Below the pieces are notes generated by a model. The model made no database searches and had not been told where the DNA came from. It saw only the letters and a list, made by a program, of their open reading frames with translations. The position numbers were made by a program, and so were the translations under genes. From an uncultured Acidobacteriota bacterium (lineage in GTDB: Bacteria > Acidobacteriota > Thermoanaerobaculia > Multivoradales > UBA5704): a stretch of 64,000 nt of DNA. Of this stretch, positions 31,969 through 41,332 are shown in pieces. The DNA lies in contig OY969474.1 in assembly GCA_963700145.1 (NCBI GenBank), forward strand, positions 2,848,001-2,912,000, in the 5' to 3' direction. The stretch's first letter is position 1. Each line of letters starts with the position of its first letter.

Positions 31969-32345
31969 TCAAACCGCTCGGATCACCAGCCTCCCGGAGC
32001 GCACCTCCACCTCGACCCCCCGTCCCACCTCGAACCCGGCCGCCCGTAGCCACCTCCCGGAGAGCCGCAGGGAAGGCGCTGCCCCCGCCGGATGCCACCG
32101 CGCCGACACCGTCCCTGCCCGCCGCCCCTCCGCCCGCGCCCACCGCGCTCCCTCAACTCCTCCCCCCGCGTCTCCTCGCGGAGCGCAGCGGTCTCTGCCG
32201 CCTGCTCGTGGAGCTCGAGCAGCCGGCGATCCTCGGCGGAAAACGGATCGGGGTTGGGGAGGTAGGGACTGGAGAAGGGGCCGGGCTGGGCCGGCCGGCA
32301 AACGCGGTTGCTACACTTCGTCCCACGGCTGGACATAGAGCTCAT
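31969..32345 (-). pseudogene. SymE-like type I toxin, possibly frameshifted
   Basis: PSLRLSGRWLRAAGFEVGRGVEVEVRSGRLVI is in one frame. A plausible N-terminus is in an adjacent frame. Confidence 0.6.
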
Positions 32346-32595
32346 ACCTCCGGTCTGGTCGAGGGCGCGGCAGAGCGGTAAACTCTGTCGCGCCCGCTTT
32401 CACTTCTCGGCCGGCGCGCTGACGCGGCCGGCTTCACGCGCTTCGTCGCCCTTCTACGCCGAACTTACGGCATCAGAAAACACCATACCAGTCAACGGCA
32501 TCAGCGAGAGTACTCTACCAGCAATACTCATACGCGACAAGCCGAGTTCGCTAGTCGTCCAATCTCTGGAGGGGAGTGTTCATCACCTCAACACA

Positions 32596-34272
32596 ATGAT
32601 CGACTTTGCCGCAATTCAGGGGCCTCGTGGCTCGAGGGAAGCTAACTTCGCACAATTGGTCGGCGAGGTTCTGGCACGCGAACGTAAGGCCTTCACACTC
32701 GACGGCGCGGGAGGTGATGAAGGTATCGACTCCTATGCGACAGATGAAACCGGCGTCCTTACGATCTTTCAGGCGAAATACTTTAGGGGCCGTATAAGCT
32801 CTTCTCGTCGCTCCCAGATACGGCGCTCGTTCGATATCGCGCAGCGACACCCAAAACCATTTCGCTGGATCCTCTGCACTCCGGTTGACCCGACACCTGC
32901 TGAAGGCCGTTGGCTACAATCGCTGGCGATCGGCAAAGACACGACTGTTGAGTGGTGGGGCGAAACCTACCTGCGGAGCCTGATTTCTCGCCATGTCGAT
33001 CTTGTGGCAGCTTTTTTCCCAGAGCAAAGAATTCTTTCTGAACTGAAGACTATCCGTCAAGAGCTGGGCTCCTATCATGCAATTGTAAGCGCCAAAGCAT
33101 CCTTCCTACGATACGGGGAAAGTGTTGAGGGCGTATATCTCAGAGAAGCGGCCGAGCTTTCGCGGCTCCTTCATGAAGACAGACCACTTGCGGAAAAGCC
33201 TGGGGGCGGCAGCCTCGTTGTAATAGATTTTAGTGAGTTATATCGGTACATGGCAACTGTGCCCACGTTAGTCCTTGCTCGGCCGATTGTGGATTACTGC
33301 ATTGAAACCTCTCCCGCTCCTCTTACGCTTGCACCCGGGGGTACCCTACATCTGCACCGCCTAACGAAAGCGATCGCCTATGATACGCCTCCATGGCGAG
33401 CAATCCGTAATTTTGAACAGGAGCTTCTGGCCATGCGAGATGCTTTCGTAAGCTCCTATGAGAGTGATCCGAAAGGTAAAGCAACTGCGCGCGCTTACAA
33501 CCAACTGATGCACGCTGTCGCTCCATCCGAACATTTAACATATAGTGGTCTTCAACGTCTGACGAAATTGTTCCGTAGTGGACGACTACGGCCTTGGAGC
33601 CGCGCCACTCCCCCCGGAGATGAGCTCCTATTCAAGATCCACCATCGCCTCGAAATGATTCGCCAAGGACGGAGCTTTGCGAACCTAGCCAGCTCTATAG
33701 ACCTGCGAGCTATTATAGAAGCTCGAGAATCAGGAGAGAGCAGCGTAACAGTAGTGACTTCGGCTCCTTACTTTCGGCTCATCGCCGCTGATATATTCGC
33801 CAACGACTCGCCTATCAGGTCGACGCGTCAATACGGTCAGTTGCTGTACCTTGCCGAACTAAGCCGAACTGGCGTCGATTGGACAGGGATTTTAGACACC
33901 CTCGGAGATGTCATCGATGGGATGCAGAGAATTCTGCCTGGGCTAGATGCATTCCTCGATGGTAGCAGTCTTCTTAGTCATAAAGAAGTAGAAGTGTTAG
34001 AGCGGTTTGCCAAGTGCTATAGAATTCTGCTAAGGCCGGTGGACCAGATGGTCGAGAGTGGATTTCAAGCGGTAAACAGGAGCGCACTCGCTTCGATGAC
34101 GGAGCTTTATCGGGCGCTGAGTTCGGAAGCGGAGCTCACGGCCGCCTTTCGTGTATGGTGGGAGCGGCTATGTATGGCTGCTGCTGAATTGCAGGAATAT
34201 CTCACTGATAACTACGATACCGACGAACTAACCACTCTGTTTGCGTCAGTCAGAGGAAAGGAGGTCAAGTGA
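32596..34272 (+). CDS. Restriction-endonuclease-like (PD-(D/E)xK) domain fused to an unknown or PIN-like domain
   Basis: DGAGGDEGID...IFQAKYF motif. Lower GC than the flanks. Confidence 0.65.
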   Translation: MIDFAAIQGPRGSREANFAQLVGEVLARERKAFTLDGAGGDEGIDSYATDETGVLTIFQAKYFRGRISSSRRSQIRRSFDIAQRHPKPFRWILCTPVDPTPAEGRWLQSLAIGKDTTVEWWGETYLRSLISRHVDLVAAFFPEQRILSELKTIRQELGSYHAIVSAKASFLRYGESVEGVYLREAAELSRLLHEDRPLAEKPGGGSLVVIDFSELYRYMATVPTLVLARPIVDYCIETSPAPLTLAPGGTLHLHRLTKAIAYDTPPWRAIRNFEQELLAMRDAFVSSYESDPKGKATARAYNQLMHAVAPSEHLTYSGLQRLTKLFRSGRLRPWSRATPPGDELLFKIHHRLEMIRQGRSFANLASSIDLRAIIEARESGESSVTVVTSAPYFRLIAADIFANDSPIRSTRQYGQLLYLAELSRTGVDWTGILDTLGDVIDGMQRILPGLDAFLDGSSLLSHKEVEVLERFAKCYRILLRPVDQMVESGFQAVNRSALASMTELYRALSSEAELTAAFRVWWERLCMAAAELQEYLTDNYDTDELTTLFASVRGKEVK

Positions 34273-34486
34273 GGCCGCAGAGCATGGTGCCGAACCCGGC
34301 CCCTTGAACGACGTTCGGCTTCGTCGTCGGTCTCGTGTATGCCAACGATACCGACGCAACGCATCGACGGGCTCTCGATACTCGTGCGCGGGCTCTCGAG
34401 CCGGCCGACATGCCCTATGGGAACCGCCGTTGTATGGTGGAAGATCTCTGAGGTAACACCTGGCAAATCGCCACTCGTAGGAGGTC

Positions 34487-34975
34487 ATGATGCCGCCTAG
34501 TCCGTCGATGCCGCCGGTCGCCAAGGCGCAGATGCTCATCCGCAAGCCGGTCACGGAGGTGTTCGAGGCGATGGTCGATCCCGCCGTCACTTCGCGCTTC
34601 TGGTTCTCCAAGGGCAGCGGCCGGCTGGAGGCCGGCAAGCACGTTCGGTGGGACTGGGAGATGTACGGCGTCTCCGCCGAGGTCGACGTGAAGGAGGTCG
34701 AGGAGAACCGGCGGATCCTCGTCGAATGGGGCGGGCCGGACAACCCGACCTCGATCGAGTGGACGTTCGAGCCCCGAGGCGAGGACCGGACCTTCGTCAC
34801 GGTCAAGAACTGGGGCTTCGGCGGCGACGCGGAGAAGGTTGTCGCGGAGGCACTCGATTCGACCGGCGGCTTCACCTTCTTGCTCGCCGGCCTCAAGGCG
34901 TTCCTGGAGCACGGGATCGAGTTGAACCTCATCGCCGACCACGAGCCGACCGCGCTCGTCGAAGGCTGGGCTTAG
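34487..34975 (+). CDS. SRPBCC (AHSA1/START) family protein
   Basis: MLIRKPVTEVFEA.VDP..TSRFWFSKGSGRLE...LKAFLEHG. Confidence 0.85.
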   Translation: MMPPSPSMPPVAKAQMLIRKPVTEVFEAMVDPAVTSRFWFSKGSGRLEAGKHVRWDWEMYGVSAEVDVKEVEENRRILVEWGGPDNPTSIEWTFEPRGEDRTFVTVKNWGFGGDAEKVVAEALDSTGGFTFLLAGLKAFLEHGIELNLIADHEPTALVEGWA

Positions 34976-34987
34976 CCTCCCGCCGCG

Positions 34988-36052
34988 ATGCAGCTCGGCA
35001 TCCTTGGTCTTCCCAAGGTCGGCAAGACGACCCTTTTCAACACGCTCACGGCGTCGCGCCAGGAGACGGGGAAGTTCGCTGCCTCGGCGGCGACGAACAT
35101 GGGGGTGGCTTCCGTACCGGACCGGCGACTGGAGCAGCTTCGGGACCTGTTCAAGCCGCGGCGGTATCAGCCGGCGACGGTGCAGTATGTGGACATCCCG
35201 GGGATCTCGCGCGGCGAGGGGAAGGAGAGCCTGGACCTCGTCAAGCTCAAGGGGATGGACGCGCTGGTGCACGTGGTGCGGGCCTTCGTCGATCCGGAGA
35301 TCGTGCACGCCGAGGGGAGCGTGGATCCGGCGCGGGACATCGCGACGCTCGACCTGGAGCTGATCCTGGCCGACCACGATCTGGTGGAGCGGCGGCTGGA
35401 GCGGCTGGAGAAGGCCGTGAAGCGCGGGCTCTCGGAGGAGGAGAAGCGGGAGCGGACGCTGCTCCAGGAGGTGGTGCTGCCGCGGCTGGAGGCGGAGCGG
35501 CCGCTGCGCGAGGCGGAACTCGAGCCGGACGACGAGCGGCGGCTGCGCGGGTTCCAGCTGCTGTCGGCGAAGCCGCTCCTGGTAGTGCTGAACGTGGACG
35601 AGGGACGGGTGGCGGAGCACGCGGAGCGGGAGCTGACGCTCGGGACGGCGGTCAGGGCGGTGGCGGTGTCGGCGCCGATCGAGGAGGAGATCGGGCGGCT
35701 GGCGCCGGAGGAGCAGGCGGAGTTTCTGGGGGCGCTGGGGTTGGAGGAGCCGAGTCTGGATCGGGTGGCGCGGGCTAGTCAGGAGCTTCTTGGGTTGATC
35801 TCTTTTTTCACTGTCGGGGAGGACGAGGTGCGGGCTTGGACGGTGCGGCGGGGGACGCGGGCGCGGGCGGCTGCCGGGACGATTCACTCGGATATCGAGC
35901 GGGGGTTTATTCGGGCGGAGGTGGTGCGGTGGGATGAGCTGCTGCGGTTGCGGACGTTGGCGGCTTGCCGGGAGCAAGGGGTGCTGCGGTTGGAGGGGAA
36001 GGAGTATGCCGTGCAGGACGGGGACGTGGTGCATTTTAGGTTCAACGTCTAG
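34988..36052 (+). CDS. ychF: Obg-family ATPase YchF
   Basis: GLPKVGKTTLFN, HVVRAF, AAGTIHSDIERGFIRAE, LEGKEYAVQDGD, C-terminal FRFNV. Confidence 0.95.
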   Translation: MQLGILGLPKVGKTTLFNTLTASRQETGKFAASAATNMGVASVPDRRLEQLRDLFKPRRYQPATVQYVDIPGISRGEGKESLDLVKLKGMDALVHVVRAFVDPEIVHAEGSVDPARDIATLDLELILADHDLVERRLERLEKAVKRGLSEEEKRERTLLQEVVLPRLEAERPLREAELEPDDERRLRGFQLLSAKPLLVVLNVDEGRVAEHAERELTLGTAVRAVAVSAPIEEEIGRLAPEEQAEFLGALGLEEPSLDRVARASQELLGLISFFTVGEDEVRAWTVRRGTRARAAAGTIHSDIERGFIRAEVVRWDELLRLRTLAACREQGVLRLEGKEYAVQDGDVVHFRFNV

Positions 36053-36055
36053 GAG

Positions 36056-36246
36056 TTAGGGGTCGTGGTGGAGGGCGTGCGGGGGGCTTGCGCCGGGCAC
36101 CGCCGCGCGCTGTGAGTGGACTGCTTGATCTGAGGCGCGCGGCTGCGCTTCGCTGCGCGCCTGGATCGCTCTCGGACTGCGGAGGACCTGCCCGGCGCTT
36201 GCTCAGAGCTGCCCGGCGCAAGCCCCCCGCACGCCCTGGGACCGTC
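36056..36246. repeat. Palindromic ~190-bp element, copy 2
   Basis: Perfect 27-bp arms at 36073-36099 and 36210-36236. Confidence 0.8.
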
Positions 36247-36274
36247 CTACCGAAAAAACAGCAAGATCCTTCCC

Positions 36275-37258
36275 TTACCCAGCCGCTCCTAGGCCAGTCC
36301 TTGAGGTCCGCTGTCTCCTCGGGCTGATCTGGAGGTCCAGGCGGCCGGTGCTTTGGATGCCGGGGCGGACGATGACTGTGGTGGAAGGCGGGGGGATGGG
36401 CTCTTCCATCGTGTCGCCGCGGCCTTCGGGGTCTTGGGAGGTCCAGTCGGGCTGGGCGGGCGGGACGTAGGCTGGCGGGGGGGCCATGTTGCGGCCGCGG
36501 GGGACGCCGCCGCCGCCGCCGACCTGGTTGACTCCGCCTCCCTGGAGGCTGCCGGGCTGGAGGACTCGCGTTCCCTCGGGAGTAGCGCCGGGGGGCTGGG
36601 TCTGGATGCCGGGGATGGTCGGGGTGCCGGCGGTCTCGTCGCGCTCGGTGAGGGTCTCGTCGGGGGCGGCGACCGGGGGCACGAGGAGCTCGGCGATGCG
36701 GTTGGGCTGCTCGTAGACCGGCGGCGGGAAGGTGTCGGGCTCTTCGCCTTCGCTGTAGGCCTGGAGCATCGCCTCGGTCACCAGGTCGCTCTGGATCACC
36801 TGCGGGTTGATCTCCGGGAAGGCGAGCTGCGGGTCGAGGCGGAAGGCGCGGGCGTAGGACTCGATGGCCCGCGCGTCGTTGCCGTCGGCCTCGAGGAGAG
36901 CGCCGACCTGGAAGTGGGCCCAGGCGTGGCGCGGCTGCTGGTCCAAGACGGCGCGGTACTGGCGCAGCGCCTTGCGCCGCTCGCCGCGCTGCTGGAGGAG
37001 GAGCCCCAAGTTGAAGCGCGCCGAGACGCGTTCGGGGTCGAGCTCGAGGGCGCGCTGGTAGGCCTCCTCGGCCTCCTCCGGCCGGCCGGCCATCTGCAGC
37101 AGGTTGCCGAGGTCGTTGAATGCGCCGGGGTCGTCGGGCCGCTGCTGGACGAGCTGCCGCTGGACTTCAAGCGCCTTGGACAGGTTGGGGGGGGCCGCGG
37201 CCCAGGCGGTCAGGGCGATCAGCGGCAGGGCGAGCGCCCAGGGAATCCATCGTCGCAC
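36275..37258 (-). CDS. Exported TPR protein with Pro-rich tail
   Basis: Signal peptide and TPR motifs such as AFNDLGNLL...AYQRALELDP. Confidence 0.8.
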   Translation of the reverse strand: MRRWIPWALALPLIALTAWAAAPPNLSKALEVQRQLVQQRPDDPGAFNDLGNLLQMAGRPEEAEEAYQRALELDPERVSARFNLGLLLQQRGERRKALRQYRAVLDQQPRHAWAHFQVGALLEADGNDARAIESYARAFRLDPQLAFPEINPQVIQSDLVTEAMLQAYSEGEEPDTFPPPVYEQPNRIAELLVPPVAAPDETLTERDETAGTPTIPGIQTQPPGATPEGTRVLQPGSLQGGGVNQVGGGGGVPRGRNMAPPPAYVPPAQPDWTSQDPEGRGDTMEEPIPPPSTTVIVRPGIQSTGRLDLQISPRRQRTSRTGLGAAG

Positions 37259-37269
37259 GTCGTCTCTCC

Positions 37270-37800
37270 TTAGTCGGTGATGGGCCGCGCCTTGAGCCGG
37301 GGCTTGCCGTCCTCGACCGCGATCCGGAACTGCACCGCGGCGCAGCCGGTCTTGGCGCGGATCGCCGCCGCCTGCCGGGCGAGGTAGGCCCCGAAGCCGG
37401 CGAGGTCGAAGACCGCCTTGCCGCCGCCGCCGAGGCCGGCGTAGAGGGCGGCGACGGCCGCGGGCTCGGGCCGGTCGTCCATCACGATGCCGCGCTCGGC
37501 GTCGTAGCGGGGAGGCGCGGCCGGGGCCGGCGCGTGGCGCGGCCCGCGGCGCCCCTCCTCGCGGTCGCGGAGGCGGCGGTTGAACTGCTCGTTGTAGGTG
37601 TTGAAGCGAGACTCCAGCTCGGCCAGGCGGAAGTTGTCGGCGGCGGCGCGGAAGGTGGTGTTCCTGAGGCTGCGGAGCTGGGCCTGGATGCGCTCGCGCA
37701 GCGCCTCGGGGGGGAGCGGCACGCCGCCGTTGAAGAAACGCTCGAACTCGACCCGCAGCTGGCGGATCTCCTCGCCCAGGAGGTCGAGGATCCGCGTCGG
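37270..37800 (-). CDS. MXAN_5187 C-terminal-like protein, start undefined
   Basis: LRVEFERFFNG..PP...F...E.RFNTY.E.F.R.LR..EEG and VQFRIAVEDGKPRLKARP. No canonical start codon before selA. Confidence 0.6.
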   Translation of the reverse strand, partial: PTRILDLLGEEIRQLRVEFERFFNGGVPLPPEALRERIQAQLRSLRNTTFRAAADNFRLAELESRFNTYNEQFNRRLRDREEGRRGPRHAPAPAAPPRYDAERGIVMDDRPEPAAVAALYAGLGGGGKAVFDLAGFGAYLARQAAAIRAKTGCAAVQFRIAVEDGKPRLKARPITD

Positions 37801-37891
37801 CGGCGGCGCGGGGGCCGGCGCCTGCCGGGCGGCGGCGGCGCGGCGCGCGGCGGCCGTCGCCGGGGCCTGCGGGCTAGAATCCGGTCTGGAG

Positions 37892-39250
37892 ATGGGTGCC
37901 CTCGATTCGCGTCGCCTGATTCCGTCGGTCGATCGGCTCCTGGGCGACCCGAGGATCGCGAGCCTCTTCCCATTATACGGACGGGCCCAGGTGAGCGCCC
38001 AAGCGCGGCGGGAGGTCGAGGCGGCGCGGGCGCGGCTGGCCGCCGAGCCGCCGCCGTCGCGCGAGGAGGCGCTGGCCGCCGTCGCCGCGCTCCCCGAGCG
38101 GCTCGCCGCCAATCTGGAGGAGCGGTTGGGCGGCGGCCTGCGACGGGCGCTCAACGCGACCGGCATCTTCCTCCACACCAACCTCGGGCGCGCGCCGCTG
38201 CCGCAGAGCGTGGCGCGGGCGCTGCCGCCGCTCCTCGACGCCTACTGCGACCTCGAATTCGAGCTCGACGACGGGCGGCGCGGCGACCGCAACCGCCGCC
38301 TCGAGCGCCTGCTGACCGCCGCGACCGGCGCCGAGGCGGCGCTCGTGGTCAACAACAACGCCGCCGCGCTGGTCTTGGCGCTGGCGGTGCTGGCGCGGGA
38401 GCGGGAGGTCGTCGTCTCGCGCGGCGAGCTGGTCGAGATCGGCGGCTCCTTCCGCATCCCGGAGATCCTCGCCGCCGCCGGCGCCCGCCTGGTCGAGGTG
38501 GGGTCGACCAACCGTACCCGCCTCGCCGACTACGAGCGGGCGATCGGGCCCGAGACGGCGCTGCTGCTCAAGGTCTTCCCCAGCAACTTCCGGGTGGTCG
38601 GCTTCACCGCGTCGGTCGCGCCGGCCGAGCTGGTCGAGCTGGGGCGGCGGCGCGGCCTGCCGCTTTTGGTCGACGAGGGGAGCGGGCTCCTCCGCCCGCA
38701 CCCGGCGCCGGCGCTCGCGGGGCATCCGAGCCTCTCGGAGCTCGTGGCCGCCGGCTGCGACCTCGCCTGCGGCAGCGGCGACAAGCTGCTCGGCGGGCCG
38801 CAAGCCGGGCTCCTGGTCGGGCGAGCGGAGGTCGTCGTGCGCTGCCGCAAGCACCCGCTCTACCGCGCCCTGCGCCCCGACCGCGCCGGCGTGGCGGCGC
38901 TCGAAGGGGTGCTCAAGCTCCACCTCGCCGGCGCGCCGCTGCCGCTCGACCGCCTCTGGCCGGACCCTGCCGCGCACCGGCGGCGGCTGGAGAGCGCGGC
39001 GGCGGCGGTGGGAGCGGAGATCGTGCCGGCCGAGGCGTTCCTGGGCGGCGGCTCGGCGCCCGAGGCGCCGCTGCAGGGGGAGGCGCTGGCCCTGCCGGGG
39101 GACGACGCCCTCCTCCGCCGGCTGCGCACGGGCGACCCCCCGGTCGTCGGCTACCTGCGCGGCGGGCGGCTCCTCCTCGACCTCCGCACCGTCGATCCCG
39201 AGGACGACCCGCTCCTCGTCGCGGCGGTGCGCGCCGCGCTCGCCGGGTGA
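37892..39250 (+). CDS. selA: L-seryl-tRNA(Sec) selenium transferase
   Basis: NATGIFLHTNLGRAPL, VVNNNAAA, SRGELVEIGGSFRIPE, SGDKLLGGPQAG. Confidence 0.95.
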   Translation: MGALDSRRLIPSVDRLLGDPRIASLFPLYGRAQVSAQARREVEAARARLAAEPPPSREEALAAVAALPERLAANLEERLGGGLRRALNATGIFLHTNLGRAPLPQSVARALPPLLDAYCDLEFELDDGRRGDRNRRLERLLTAATGAEAALVVNNNAAALVLALAVLAREREVVVSRGELVEIGGSFRIPEILAAAGARLVEVGSTNRTRLADYERAIGPETALLLKVFPSNFRVVGFTASVAPAELVELGRRRGLPLLVDEGSGLLRPHPAPALAGHPSLSELVAAGCDLACGSGDKLLGGPQAGLLVGRAEVVVRCRKHPLYRALRPDRAGVAALEGVLKLHLAGAPLPLDRLWPDPAAHRRRLESAAAAVGAEIVPAEAFLGGGSAPEAPLQGEALALPGDDALLRRLRTGDPPVVGYLRGGRLLLDLRTVDPEDDPLLVAAVRAALAG

Positions 39251-39275
39251 GGCGGGGGGCCCGCGAGGCCACGGC

Positions 39276-40577
<1,302 letters not shown>

Positions 40578-40586
40578 GCTCTCGGC

Positions 40587-41330
40587 CTAGGGCGCGGCGG
40601 GGGGCGCCGGCGCGGCGGGCTCGGGGGCCGTCTCGAGGCGCATGGCGCTGGTCTCGAACTTGACCGCGGCGAAGGCGAAGACGCCGGGGAAGTCGGCGCG
40701 GAAGCCGGTCGTCTCGCCGGCGGGGAGCACCGTCGTCGCCAGCTCGGCGGCGACGCTGGCGATCAGCCCGCCCCCGTCGTCGAAGAGGCTGACGACGAGG
40801 CCGGAGTCGGCCGCGGTCGCGGCGGCCGTGTTGCGCACGGCGCCGGTGATCATGACGTGGCGGTCGACGCTGTCGTCCTCCCGCTCCCACGACGTCACCT
40901 GCAGCACCGGCCCGGCCGCCGGCGCCGGCGCGCTCGCGGCGGCCTCCGGGGCCGCGCCGGTGCCGCCCGCGACGCCCTCCGGCGGGGCCGGCGGCGCGGC
41001 GCGCGGGAAGTCCTTGTCGGTGAGCACCCGCACGGGACGGCGCTTGGCCGGCGGCTTCTTGGCCGTCTCCGCGCTCGCCGCCGCCGCGGCGCCCGCCTCG
41101 GCGGTGACGGCGCGGCTGGTCTCGAGGTCCACGTCGGCCAAGCGGAGCGAGGCGAGGTCGCCGGCCGCGGTCTTGAAGACCACGAGCTTGCCCTTGACCT
41201 GCCAGGCGCCGGCGGTCTCGACGCGCGCGCCGTCGCGCGTCACCAGCCAGTCGGCGCGCGCCGCGGGGGCGACGGCGGCGGTCGCGGCGAGCAGGGTGGC
41301 GGCGATGCGGGAGGCGCGCGCTCGGCTCAT
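40587..41330 (-). CDS. Exported protein with C-terminal Ig-like (FxLYD-like) domain
   Basis: Signal peptide, ITGAVRN...VSLFDDGG.LI...LPAGETTGF. Confidence 0.6.
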   Translation of the reverse strand: MSRARASRIAATLLAATAAVAPAARADWLVTRDGARVETAGAWQVKGKLVVFKTAAGDLASLRLADVDLETSRAVTAEAGAAAAASAETAKKPPAKRRPVRVLTDKDFPRAAPPAPPEGVAGGTGAAPEAAASAPAPAAGPVLQVTSWEREDDSVDRHVMITGAVRNTAAATAADSGLVVSLFDDGGGLIASVAAELATTVLPAGETTGFRADFPGVFAFAAVKFETSAMRLETAPEPAAPAPPAAP

Positions 41331-41332
41331 GC

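Noticed and set aside
37598-37891. N-terminal extension of SelA
   Set aside because: It overlaps the opposite-strand gene. ATG 37892 with GGAG and a TAGAAT box gives a normal-length SelA.
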